Origin: an uncultured Gammaproteobacteria bacterium
GTDB lineage: Bacteria; Pseudomonadota; Gammaproteobacteria; JAADHQ01
Direction: 5' to 3'
DNA length: 64,000 nucleotides
Assembly: GCA_947258655.1 (NCBI GenBank)
Contig: CAMYJD010000012.1
Coordinates: 13,323-77,322 of the forward strand
Shown one piece after another: positions 9,622 to 18,714 of the stretch. Both the position numbers and the translations under genes were made by a program. Every line of letters starts with the position of its first letter. Positions within the stretch are counted from its first letter, which is position 1. Under the pieces are notes generated by a model. The model did no database searches and was not told where the DNA came from. It worked only from the letters and a program-made list of their open reading frames with translations.

Positions 9622-10925
9622 TAACTTTATTACTCCTTACCGCAACACTATTGGGCCTACTGGCCTTTTTTGAACCGTGTACCATTGCGACTCACACCCT
9701 GTTTTCAGTGCGAGCACATCAATCAGAAGACAATAAAACATGTTGTCAAAGTTTGCTGTCTGTCTGGTTGGGTCGAACTGCTTTATTAGTGGGGCTGTTT
9801 ACTATAGCCGTGTTTTTTACAGAGGCTCCACAGTGGGGGCCTTACACACCCAGTATTATTCTGTCTGCTATGGCTGTACTTTACCTGGTATCACGCTTTA
9901 TCTATATCCCGGTGCCGCATCTTGAGTTTTTCAAATTATTGCCAAATGGGAGGAACTTACCTCATGGCATACAACTAGGCTTGACCTTACCCGCCTGTAC
10001 CTTACCTTTGGTTATCGTGACTGTTGGTATGGCGATTACTGTGGATTCAATAAGTATTGCCGCCATAGCTGGATTTCTTTTTGCAACACTGTTTACACTA
10101 CCTATGGTTATTGCAACATATAAAGGTGTTCATGAATATGCGAGACAACTATTGAATCGTGCAGCTGTAGGCAGTCCATATCTAACGGCCGTCCTGCTAT
10201 TCAGCACAGCACTTTACCTGTTAATTCCTGCTTTAGATATCAGCTCGGAAATGCTTAAGGAAACCTTTCAGACAGCGAGCTGGGCCGGAATCGGAATAGC
10301 ATTTTTGGCAGGCTTTGTTTTTAGCTTTAATCCAGTGTCCTTTGCTTCTATTCCCGTCATGCTGGCTTATGTTACCAAAGCACATGAGGAGCGAAGGGCT
10401 TTGTTAATGGGCGGCGCCTTTGTACTTGGGATGGTTTTTACTCATGTTGTACTGGGTGTGGCTGCCGCACTTGGAGGTGAATGGGTACAAGGTGTTATGG
10501 GGAGGCAATGGGGCATACTCCTCGGGCCTATACTGATCATCATGGGGCTGATGTGGTCAGGTGCAGTAAATATCCGCTTGCCGTGGTTTGGGGTCAAAGG
10601 CCGAAAAGTAACGGGTATTTGGGGTGCCTTTTTATTGGGAATTCCATTTTCTGTTGCTGTATGTCCCTTCTGCACACCAGCTTTACTGGTTACATTAACG
10701 GCCAGTGCAGCGATTGGTTCAGTCAGTTTTGGTTTTGCCCTATTATTTGCGTTTGCGTTAGGTCGTAGCATACCTATCATATTGGGTGCCTGGAGTATGG
10801 GTTGGTTAGAGTCATTGCAGATACTCTCCCGATATCAAAAATGGTTTGAAGTAACCGCAGGGATTGTGCTTGTTATCGCCGGCTTGTATTTACTGAATGA
10901 GTATTTCTTTTTTATTGAATATTGA
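9618..10925 (+). CDS. CcdA/DsbD-family thiol-disulfide transporter-like polytopic membrane protein
   Basis: 435 aa, at least 10 TM helices; C-terminal half resembles the DsbD transmembrane domain (CPFCTP motif) but has NPVSF where the first Cys motif is expected. Confidence 0.55.
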   Translation: MITLLLLTATLLGLLAFFEPCTIATHTLFSVRAHQSEDNKTCCQSLLSVWLGRTALLVGLFTIAVFFTEAPQWGPYTPSIILSAMAVLYLVSRFIYIPVPHLEFFKLLPNGRNLPHGIQLGLTLPACTLPLVIVTVGMAITVDSISIAAIAGFLFATLFTLPMVIATYKGVHEYARQLLNRAAVGSPYLTAVLLFSTALYLLIPALDISSEMLKETFQTASWAGIGIAFLAGFVFSFNPVSFASIPVMLAYVTKAHEERRALLMGGAFVLGMVFTHVVLGVAAALGGEWVQGVMGRQWGILLGPILIIMGLMWSGAVNIRLPWFGVKGRKVTGIWGAFLLGIPFSVAVCPFCTPALLVTLTASAAIGSVSFGFALLFAFALGRSIPIILGAWSMGWLESLQILSRYQKWFEVTAGIVLVIAGLYLLNEYFFFIEY

Positions 10926-10945
10926 TAAATGATCAAACTGGAATC

Positions 10946-11347
10946 ATGTATAAAATTGGCGAAGTAACAGAGCGCACGGGCCTATCGGCCGACACATTAC
11001 GATATTACGAAAAAATTGGGTTACTACCGAATATATCGCGTAACACATCAGGTGTGCGCTTGTATAGCGAGAAGGATCTTTCAAGGCTAAATTTCATCAA
11101 GCGAGCACAACGCATGAATTTTACGCTTGATGAAATCAAGCAGTTACTAATGATGCGTGAAGACCCACAGCATGCAAAAGACACTGTGCGCCAGTTAACA
11201 GCTAAAAAGCTTGAGGATATCGAAAACCACCTTACAGACCTATCAACTCTCAGGAATGAACTAACACTACTACTTAATTTATGCCGTGCAAGCGAAGAGG
11301 GCTGCCCCATTATTGAAGATCTGGATACCGACAAACAAAAGAAATAA
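10946..11347 (+). CDS. MerR-family metal-responsive transcriptional regulator (CueR/ZntR-like)
   Basis: MYKIGEVTERTGLSADTLRYYEKIGLL HTH; C-terminal C-x6-C (LCRASEEGCP) metal site. Confidence 0.85.
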   Translation: MYKIGEVTERTGLSADTLRYYEKIGLLPNISRNTSGVRLYSEKDLSRLNFIKRAQRMNFTLDEIKQLLMMREDPQHAKDTVRQLTAKKLEDIENHLTDLSTLRNELTLLLNLCRASEEGCPIIEDLDTDKQKK

Positions 11348-11552
11348 ATGTTATCTATTAGTTTAGACAGATAGCATTATTTGAAGATTAGGAAATGAAA
11401 TACTTACGACTGATATTATTACTTTTCTTTGTTATAGAGAGCGCATTTTTCTCGATAGTATACGCTGTAAATAAATTCCCACCTTTTGTAATGCAACTCA
11501 CAATAAGTGCAGAAAATTATGGACATAGAAAAGCCTTAATACAAATAAATAA

Positions 11553-11822
11553 GGTTTTAATGATATTGGAGAAAAGAAACTCAAGATTGCTATAGTCGCT
11601 AATGAAGACGGGATACATGCCCTATTGGAAGAGAATAAAGAAACCTCTCAACTCTTAACTAAATTAGCAAATCGAGGGGTTAAATTTAAAGCATGCCGTA
11701 TTAGTATGCGTGCCTGGAAATTAAAAGATAATCAGTTCCCGCTGGAAGTAGAATTTGTACCGGTTGGCGCACCTGAAGGTATAAAGTTACAAATGCAAGG
11801 TTATAAATATTGGCGACCATAA
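11553..11822 (+). pseudogene. possible DsrE/TusD-like small protein lacking a canonical start codon
   Basis: Open frame ..DIGEKKLKIAIVANEDGIHALL..GVKFKACRISMRAW.. looks like a YchN/DsrE-fold N-terminus. The frame has no ATG; an ATT sits where an ATG would be expected; low-GC surroundings. Confidence 0.2.
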
Positions 11823-12139
11823 TATTTGTCTGTAACCTCGAACACTAGTCTACCTTGAATGCCCGATTTTGTGATACTAAATATTAGTATGCATAAGAAA
11901 CGTACGTTAATTGTACGTTCACAATATTCGTCAATTAAATCAGTTTGTAGTCTTTCAGTGTAAAGAAACTGATGTACAGCGAAAGTATGGGAAACTTTAC
12001 CCAGCAATACTGTAATCAGATGACTGCTTTTGACCGTTCTCTGTAGTTGATTAATGGAATGTCGAACGGCTATTGATTCACCTGACCAGGCAGTCTTCAG
12101 AAGCAAGACATACAGGCGCCGGTAGCAGCCGCCCCGGGA

Positions 12140-12622
12140 TTATTCCTTGACCGGGTGCTTGGCCAGTTTACGCTGCAAGGTTCGTCGATGCATGCCAAGG
12201 CGACGCGCGGTTTGCGAGATATTGCCCTGGCACTCGTTCAACACTTTATGGATATGCTCCCATTCCAGGCGCGCAACGCTGAGTGGTTTGGCTCGTAACG
12301 GTACACTGACGTCGCCTTCATCCTTATGAAAGGCATTGATAATTTCATCGGCATCGGCGGGTTTAGTCAAGTAATGCCTTGCGCCCAGTTTTATGGCCTC
12401 AACGGCCGTGGCCACCGAGGCATAACCGGTCAGGACAACGACACGGGTATTTTCATCCAGCGCCATCAATGCCTTGACCAGCTCGAGTCCGGAATCTCTC
12501 GGCATGCGCAGATCGACAACGGCATACTCCGGTGACTCCTGCCTGGCCGCGGCAATACCTTCATTGACATTATGTGCTATGCGCACATGATAGCCGCGCT
12601 GCTGCATGGCATCGGACAGCAC
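12140..12622 (-). CDS. RegA/ActR/PrrA-like response regulator (receiver + Fis-type HTH), N-terminally truncated
   Basis: C-terminus SQTARRLGMHRRTLQRKLAK matches the RegA HTH. The ORF begins at a GTG within the receiver domain; the acidic pocket (LLxVDDD) is absent and an in-frame stop lies 14 codons upstream. Confidence 0.5.
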   Translation of the reverse strand: MLSDAMQQRGYHVRIAHNVNEGIAAARQESPEYAVVDLRMPRDSGLELVKALMALDENTRVVVLTGYASVATAVEAIKLGARHYLTKPADADEIINAFHKDEGDVSVPLRAKPLSVARLEWEHIHKVLNECQGNISQTARRLGMHRRTLQRKLAKHPVKE

Positions 12623-12672
12623 TTCTATGTCCGAATAATTACAAATATGCCGCCCAGACTGTATTCATTTGC

Positions 12673-12963
12673 TCAATCGTGTTTTCTGTAACAGGCGCCC
12701 TTTATATCCATCATTGCCTGTATACTTTCGACACCGCTCAAGTGCTCCAGCAGGCAATTGTTGTATGCCCGTCTCTTGTCTGATGTAAAACTGGGGCTTC
12801 CATAGTTCTCTTCGCAGGCCCGCTTTATCACACGTGCTGCTACATCGAGTTTTACCCCCTTCAGGTGCTTCAGAATACAATCATCGTATTCGGATTGACC
12901 TGCCAATACTGGTACCGACAACATGACAGACAGTATGCTGATAATAATCGGTGCATGTTTCAT
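12673..12963 (-). CDS. small secreted protein with two internal Cys-containing repeats
   Basis: MKHAPIIISILSVMLSVPVLA signal peptide; repeats DCILKHLKGVKLDVAARVIKRACEEN and NNCLLEHLSGVESIQAMMDIKGACYRK; GGAG RBS. Confidence 0.4.
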   Translation of the reverse strand: MKHAPIIISILSVMLSVPVLAGQSEYDDCILKHLKGVKLDVAARVIKRACEENYGSPSFTSDKRRAYNNCLLEHLSGVESIQAMMDIKGACYRKHD

Positions 12964-13006
12964 ATTGACTCCAATACCTGGGTAACGGCCTGTTATTATG
13001 GACTCT

Positions 13007-14404
13007 CTATATCTGGTCGAGTTCAATAATATCGCCCGCTTGCGGCACTGATGCTGTCAATTGTAATTTATCATGCAGCAATTGGCTGAACTGCTGCTTG
13101 ACTTCGGCCTCGCCATGCACAACAAATACCCTTGGTTTATTGCTGAAGCCGCTTGCCCAGTGCAACAGATCTTTCTGGTCGGCATGCGCTGACAATCCGC
13201 CAACCGTATGGATATGTGCATTGACCTTGTAAAAATCGCCGTGGATCTTTATCTCATCTTCCCTGTTGACCAGCCTGCGGCCCAGAGTTCCGTTGGCCTG
13301 GTAACCGACGATCATGACATGGCATTCATGGCGGCTGATATTGTGTTTCAAATGATGAACGATACGGCCACCATTGCACATACCGCTGCCTGCAATGATA
13401 ATGGCACCACTCTTGATTTCATTGATCTGCATGGATTCTTCCACGGCATGGGTCAGATTCAGGTTACGCAAATGGGGCATTTCATTAATCTGGCTGCGTA
13501 ACTTTGTTGCCTCCTCATCATACAGGTGGGGATAATCCCAGTAGATATGACTCGCCTCGATAGCCATCGGACTGTCGAGAAATATTTGCCAGCGATCCAG
13601 TTCCCATTCATCGTAATGCGTACCCAGCAGATACAGCAACTCCTGACTGCGGCCAATAGAAAATGCCGGTATCAGTATATTGCCATGTTCATGGCGGGCA
13701 CTACTGATGACTTCACCAATTTCCTCAATTGTATGTTGCCTGTCCCGGTGCAGACGGTTGCCATAGGTACTTTCCATTAATACCAGGTCCGCTTCCTCGA
13801 TCGAGGTCGGATCGTTGAGGATAGGCGTATCGTACTGGCCTATATCACCGCTGAAAACAAGTTTACGGCGAACATTACCTTCACTGAGCCACATTTCCAC
13901 CATACAGGAACCCAGTATATGCCCGGCATCCTGGTAACGTATGGATATGCCTGGCAATATCTCTGTTTGTTGACGATAGGGCAAACCCTGCATTTGCTCC
14001 CATGCCGTGATCGCATCCGCCTCAGTATACAGGGGCTCTATTGCTTCCATCCCGTTTTTGGCGCGCTTTTTGTTTTCATATTTTGCATCGCGTTCTGCCA
14101 GACTGGCGGAATCGCGTAATAGAACCGCACATAGATCACGGGTCGCATTTTGTGTATATACCGGTCCACTGTAACCACGCTTGACCAGTAAAGGTATACG
14201 ACCAGAATGGTCGATGTGCGCATGGCTTAGCACCACGGCATCCAGTTCATCCGGATTAAAGGGAAAAGGTTCATGATTAGCCTGTTCTTCCTTGCGCCTT
14301 CCCTGTATCAGGCCACAATCAATCAGGATCTGGTACTGGCCACACCTGATAATATGGCATGATCCAGTCACACCTCCTATAGCACCGTAAAATTCCAGTT
14401 CCAT
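13007..14404 (-). CDS. MBL-fold metallo-hydrolase with beta-CASP/RNA-specificity domain (RNase J-like)
   Basis: HAHIDHSG motif and size; start taken at MELEFYGA. Confidence 0.8.
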   Translation of the reverse strand: MELEFYGAIGGVTGSCHIIRCGQYQILIDCGLIQGRRKEEQANHEPFPFNPDELDAVVLSHAHIDHSGRIPLLVKRGYSGPVYTQNATRDLCAVLLRDSASLAERDAKYENKKRAKNGMEAIEPLYTEADAITAWEQMQGLPYRQQTEILPGISIRYQDAGHILGSCMVEMWLSEGNVRRKLVFSGDIGQYDTPILNDPTSIEEADLVLMESTYGNRLHRDRQHTIEEIGEVISSARHEHGNILIPAFSIGRSQELLYLLGTHYDEWELDRWQIFLDSPMAIEASHIYWDYPHLYDEEATKLRSQINEMPHLRNLNLTHAVEESMQINEIKSGAIIIAGSGMCNGGRIVHHLKHNISRHECHVMIVGYQANGTLGRRLVNREDEIKIHGDFYKVNAHIHTVGGLSAHADQKDLLHWASGFSNKPRVFVVHGEAEVKQQFSQLLHDKLQLTASVPQAGDIIELDQI

Positions 14405-14566
14405 TAACATGCTCCTCATCTAATCTCTGCACGGATACATATCGTTCCGCAAAATACAGATTAATAATCATGGATATCGCTTTTATGATTATAAATCAGC
14501 TCCACAATTTTTCATCAATCTATCAGTCAAGCATCAGTACACTATTGTTCCTGTACTTATAATCAT

Positions 14567-15259
14567 CTAGTCTCCACCACAGCCGCCACCACAATCAGAA
14601 CCGCAGTTTGACGAGTCGAACAGGCCATCAAAAAATCCTGCGGAATCCGTATCTGCAGCACTGTCACCCGCACAACCCGATGAACAACCAATATGAGCGG
14701 CACAATAACCATCTCCATATACCGGCGACTGCTTGTCTGTACAATTTATCGAATATTTAAACCCATTGGGTATATCCAGTATTGTATCGATAGCAAAGAT
14801 CAATGGTAATTTTGAAGGTCTGCCGGGATGTATATGTTCGCGGGCACATGCAAGACGCCATGCGCGCTTGATGCCATGCTGGGCTAATGTCGGCGTTGTC
14901 ATGGCTTCTGTAGGTGTATGATGCAGGAATCTTCCTAACGCCTTGCGGCAGAATATTTTATAGGAGCGTGTGAACAGGATAAATTCATGCCAGGCCTCAT
15001 CAACGACCTGTGAAGGCATGGCTACCATGTTGCGTCCGCCATGATTGCACATCCAGAAATAATCACGCAATGCACGAAATACCATATGAACCTGTTGTTC
15101 ATCAAGGTGAGGATACTTGTCACAAATCTTGTTTCTGATCGACCTGTGGAACTGATAACGCTTGATGTATTGCAGTTGTCTGGATCTATGGTGCCTGATA
15201 TAGATCCATGTCAGTAAGGCCATTAAACTGAAGGTTATAATTATTACATCCCAACCCAT
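14567..15259 (-). CDS. N-terminally membrane-anchored protein with Gly/Cys/Ser/Asp-rich C-terminal tail
   Basis: 230 aa; TM helix VIIITFSLMALLTWIYI; tail ..GCSSGCAGDSAADTDSAGFFDGLFDSSNCGSDCGGGCGGD. Confidence 0.5.
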   Translation of the reverse strand: MGWDVIIITFSLMALLTWIYIRHHRSRQLQYIKRYQFHRSIRNKICDKYPHLDEQQVHMVFRALRDYFWMCNHGGRNMVAMPSQVVDEAWHEFILFTRSYKIFCRKALGRFLHHTPTEAMTTPTLAQHGIKRAWRLACAREHIHPGRPSKLPLIFAIDTILDIPNGFKYSINCTDKQSPVYGDGYCAAHIGCSSGCAGDSAADTDSAGFFDGLFDSSNCGSDCGGGCGGD

Positions 15260-15511
15260 AATATTCCCTCATCACGTTGTTCATGAATAATGACACGTTC
15301 CGTGGTCATTCGATAATGATTAAATCTTTGACTGGCTACGATATTAACCCAGACCTGTTGTTATTACCCTGTGTAAAACATATCACATTGCTGATGTTTC
15401 AGCGCATACAAATCCAGTGAATTCAATGACTCTGTGTTGATCCCGGCTTTTCAGCTTCGTTTAAGCTTGGCCTGATATGCTACCTGTAAATCGTAGAACA
15501 GGGGTTACAAC

Positions 15512-16102
15512 ATGCACGCTCAACAATATACAAAGGTATGGGATCCGTTTGTACGCATCTTTCATTGGGCGTTGGTCGCCGCTTTTGTGCTGGCCTATGT
15601 TACGGAGGATGAGCTAATGACGCTGCATGCCTGGGCCGGTTACAGCGTCCTCGCCCTGGTAGTAAGCAGGATTATCTGGGGTCTGATCGGCAACCGCCAT
15701 GCGCGTTTTCGCGATTTTGTTTATTCACCGGGCACGATTATGCAGTTTCTCAGGGATACGTTGCATCTACAGGCGAAGCGCTATCTGGGCCACAACCCGG
15801 CCGCTGGTGCGATGGTTATCATGCTGTTGTTGAGTCTACTGATCACATCATTGACCGGTCTGGTTGTATATGGCGCAGAGGAGGCTGCCGGCCCGCTTGC
15901 AGGCTGGGCCAGCCAATTCGGCCATGACCTGGCTGAGGCATTCGAGGAAGTGCACGAATTTTTTGCCAATTTCACGTTATTTCTGGTGTTCCTGCATGTA
16001 GCCGGGGTGGTCCTGGAAAGCATGATACAGCGTGAAAATCTGGTTGCGTCAATGATCAATGGCAAAAAACAACTCAGACATCAGGAGACTGAGCAAAAAT
16101 GA
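15512..16102 (+). CDS. cytochrome b561-family membrane di-haem protein
   Basis: 196 aa; VWDPFVRIFHW and HNPAAGAMV motifs, four TM helices. Confidence 0.8.
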   Translation: MHAQQYTKVWDPFVRIFHWALVAAFVLAYVTEDELMTLHAWAGYSVLALVVSRIIWGLIGNRHARFRDFVYSPGTIMQFLRDTLHLQAKRYLGHNPAAGAMVIMLLLSLLITSLTGLVVYGAEEAAGPLAGWASQFGHDLAEAFEEVHEFFANFTLFLVFLHVAGVVLESMIQRENLVASMINGKKQLRHQETEQK

Positions 16103-16167
16103 TAGCGCAACAATTAATCACTGGCTATTCACAAATCTGACATTACTATTATACAAAGGAGTACACG

Positions 16168-16470
16168 ATGAAAAAACGTAACATGCTTATTATTATCGGT
16201 GCCGCGATCATTGGCTACCTGTCTTTAACTCAGGCAGATACACATGATGAGGCCAGATCACTGCGTGATCAGGGTGAGATCCTGGCGCTGGAGACAATAC
16301 TGGAGCGCGCCCGCAAGGATTATCCCGGCAAGGTCATCGAAGTGGAACTGGAGAGCGAACACGGTAGCTACCTGTATGAGATCGAGATTCTCGACAAACA
16401 GGGCAGGGTATGGGAACTTGAATACGATGCCCGTACTGGTGAACTTGTAAAACAGGAGCAGGATGACTGA
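16168..16470 (+). CDS. PepSY domain secreted protein
   Basis: 100 aa, signal peptide; PGKVIEVELESEHGSYLYEIEILDKQGRVWELEYDARTGEL. Confidence 0.75.
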   Translation: MKKRNMLIIIGAAIIGYLSLTQADTHDEARSLRDQGEILALETILERARKDYPGKVIEVELESEHGSYLYEIEILDKQGRVWELEYDARTGELVKQEQDD

Positions 16471-16482
16471 CGCAGGTAGCCT

Positions 16483-17151
16483 ATGAGACTGTTATTGATC
16501 GAGGATGACATAACACTTGTACAACAGTTGAAACCGGAACTGGAACGTTGCGGTTTCGCTGTTGATGTCAGCCATGACGGTGTCGAGGCTGAATATCTGG
16601 GCAATGAGGCTATCTATGACCTTGCCATCCTCGATCTCGGTCTTCCCAAACGCAGTGGTATTGAGGTACTGAGAAACTGGCGCAAGCATGATAATCATAT
16701 ACCCGTCATCATATTGACCGCACGCGATGACTGGCATGAACGAGTGGATGGTTTTCAGGCAGGCGCCGATGATTATCTGGGTAAGCCCTTTCATAGTGAA
16801 GAACTGATCGCACGTATCCAGGCATTACTGCACCGCGTCCATCAGCAGCCTGCCGGGCTGCTAAAGGCGGATGGCCTGAGCCTGGATGAGGAAGCACAAT
16901 CCGTCCGCCTCGATAGCGGAGCCACCTATACGCTGACCAACACCGAGTTCCGCCTGTTACGTTACTTCCTCCTGCACCCGGATAAACCGTTATCAAAAAT
17001 GCAACTGAGCGAACATGTCTATGAACTGGATGCAGACAAGGACAGTAATGTCATCGAGGTCTATGTGCGACGCCTACGGGAAAAACTGGGCAAGACGCGT
17101 ATCGAGACGCGGCGAGGGCAGGGCTATGTATTTCGGAGCCGGCTGACATGA
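16483..17151 (+). CDS. OmpR-family response regulator
   Basis: receiver (LLLIEDD..DLGLP) plus winged-helix C-terminus. Confidence 0.9.
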   Translation: MRLLLIEDDITLVQQLKPELERCGFAVDVSHDGVEAEYLGNEAIYDLAILDLGLPKRSGIEVLRNWRKHDNHIPVIILTARDDWHERVDGFQAGADDYLGKPFHSEELIARIQALLHRVHQQPAGLLKADGLSLDEEAQSVRLDSGATYTLTNTEFRLLRYFLLHPDKPLSKMQLSEHVYELDADKDSNVIEVYVRRLREKLGKTRIETRRGQGYVFRSRLT

Positions 17152-18503
17152 AGTCGATCAAGCTGCGACTGGGCATAGGCATCCTGCTGAGTATTTCAGC
17201 TGTTTTTATACTGCTATGGCTGGCCGGCAGTCATAGCATCCGTTTGCTGGTCGTGGAGCAAATGTCGACCAGACTGATGCATGATAGTGAGGGCCTGTTA
17301 GCACACCTGACTTTCGACACGGCAGGACAGATACTACTTGATCCGTCTGGCATAGACTCGATATACCAACGACCGTTTTCCGGTCACTACTATATTATCC
17401 ACTCCGGCACTGTACGCCTGCGTTCGCGCTCGCTGTGGGACAGTGACCTGGCATTACCATCAGAGCAATCCCTGCAAACACGTCAATTGCATGTGCAAGG
17501 ACCACAACAACAACCGTTGCTGGTGCTGCAAACGATCTATCTGAAACAGGGTAATACAATCACGATCGCAGTCGCAGAAGACCTGACGATGCTTGAACAG
17601 CAGATCTCGCGCTTCCATTACTGGTTTGGTCTGGTTGCGCTTGCGGTATTGGCATTACTGGTGCTGTTGCAGGTCTTTATTGTTCGCGTTGGCCTGTCAC
17701 CTTTATACCGGGCACGTCAACAGATTACTGAACTCGAGGCAGGCAAGCGCAATGCGCTTGATTACGATGTGCCAACAGAATTACAACCACTCGTGCATGA
17801 AATCAATAAGCTAGTGTCGCGTATTACACAACGCCTGCAGCGTTCGCGCAACGCACTCGGTGACCTGGCACATGCATTGAAAAAACCGTTGACGGTACTC
17901 GCACAACTGAATCAGGACGAATGCTTGCATAATTGTAATGACATTCGCAAACAGATGGAGTATCAGACCAGCGACATACAGCGCAGCATCGATCATGTGT
18001 TGAAACGCGCACGCCTTGCCGGTGAAGGACCGCCAATCTCGCAGTTTTCATTGCAGCATGATCTCCCCGCGCTGCTTGATACACTGGCCAGAATGTACCC
18101 ACAAAAGGAAATTGCGTCTTCACTGGCCGTCGATGATCATGAGCGAGTACCCTTCGACCGTGAAGACATGATGGAGTTACTGGGCAACATCATCGACAAT
18201 GCCTGTAAATGGGCGCGACACAAGGTTCTGCTGGATGTCGACATCAGCGATAGCGTCCACATACGCGTACAGGATGACGGTCCCGGTATTGACGAGCACA
18301 ACTTGCGTCAATTGACTGCACGAGGGACACGCCTGGACGAAAAAACCAGTGGCCATGGGCTGGGGCTCGCTATCGCCGAGGATATTGTGCGCCAGTACAG
18401 TGGCAGCCTGTCGTTTACCAGCACACGGCAGTTTGACAATGGCCTGTGCGTGGACATCCATTTACCTCTCAGGCATGACTCAGACAACAGCGGCACCGAA
18501 TAA
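17148..18503 (+). CDS. sensor histidine kinase (2 TM, HAMP, HisKA, HATPase)
   Basis: overlaps the RR gene by 4 nt; G-box GHGLGLAI. Confidence 0.9.
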   Translation: MKSIKLRLGIGILLSISAVFILLWLAGSHSIRLLVVEQMSTRLMHDSEGLLAHLTFDTAGQILLDPSGIDSIYQRPFSGHYYIIHSGTVRLRSRSLWDSDLALPSEQSLQTRQLHVQGPQQQPLLVLQTIYLKQGNTITIAVAEDLTMLEQQISRFHYWFGLVALAVLALLVLLQVFIVRVGLSPLYRARQQITELEAGKRNALDYDVPTELQPLVHEINKLVSRITQRLQRSRNALGDLAHALKKPLTVLAQLNQDECLHNCNDIRKQMEYQTSDIQRSIDHVLKRARLAGEGPPISQFSLQHDLPALLDTLARMYPQKEIASSLAVDDHERVPFDREDMMELLGNIIDNACKWARHKVLLDVDISDSVHIRVQDDGPGIDEHNLRQLTARGTRLDEKTSGHGLGLAIAEDIVRQYSGSLSFTSTRQFDNGLCVDIHLPLRHDSDNSGTE

Positions 18504-18714
18504 TTTCCGCTACCCCCATAATAAACCGTCGCCAAACGTACACACGTATTTTTAACCATAGGTTTATAAAGGAATTGTAGCCAGGCAAACCTGTGTGTAA
18601 ACTCAAGCTATGGCAGGTTCAGACGTTAACCGATTAATATAATGAGTAAATAATTTCGGCCACTATCCGGGCAAATAAGAAATATGTAATTATACACAAT
18701 AAAACAATAGGTTA

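Noticed and set aside
9016-11347. classical mer (mercury resistance) operon
   Set aside because: No merA reductase or MerT-like 3-TM CC-motif transporter; the regulator is co-directional and its Cys spacing is CueR/ZntR-like.
11395-11595. 66-aa ORF MKYLRLILLLFF...
   Set aside because: Low-complexity hydrophobic frame in AT-rich DNA overlapping the more protein-like DsrE-type frame; no support.
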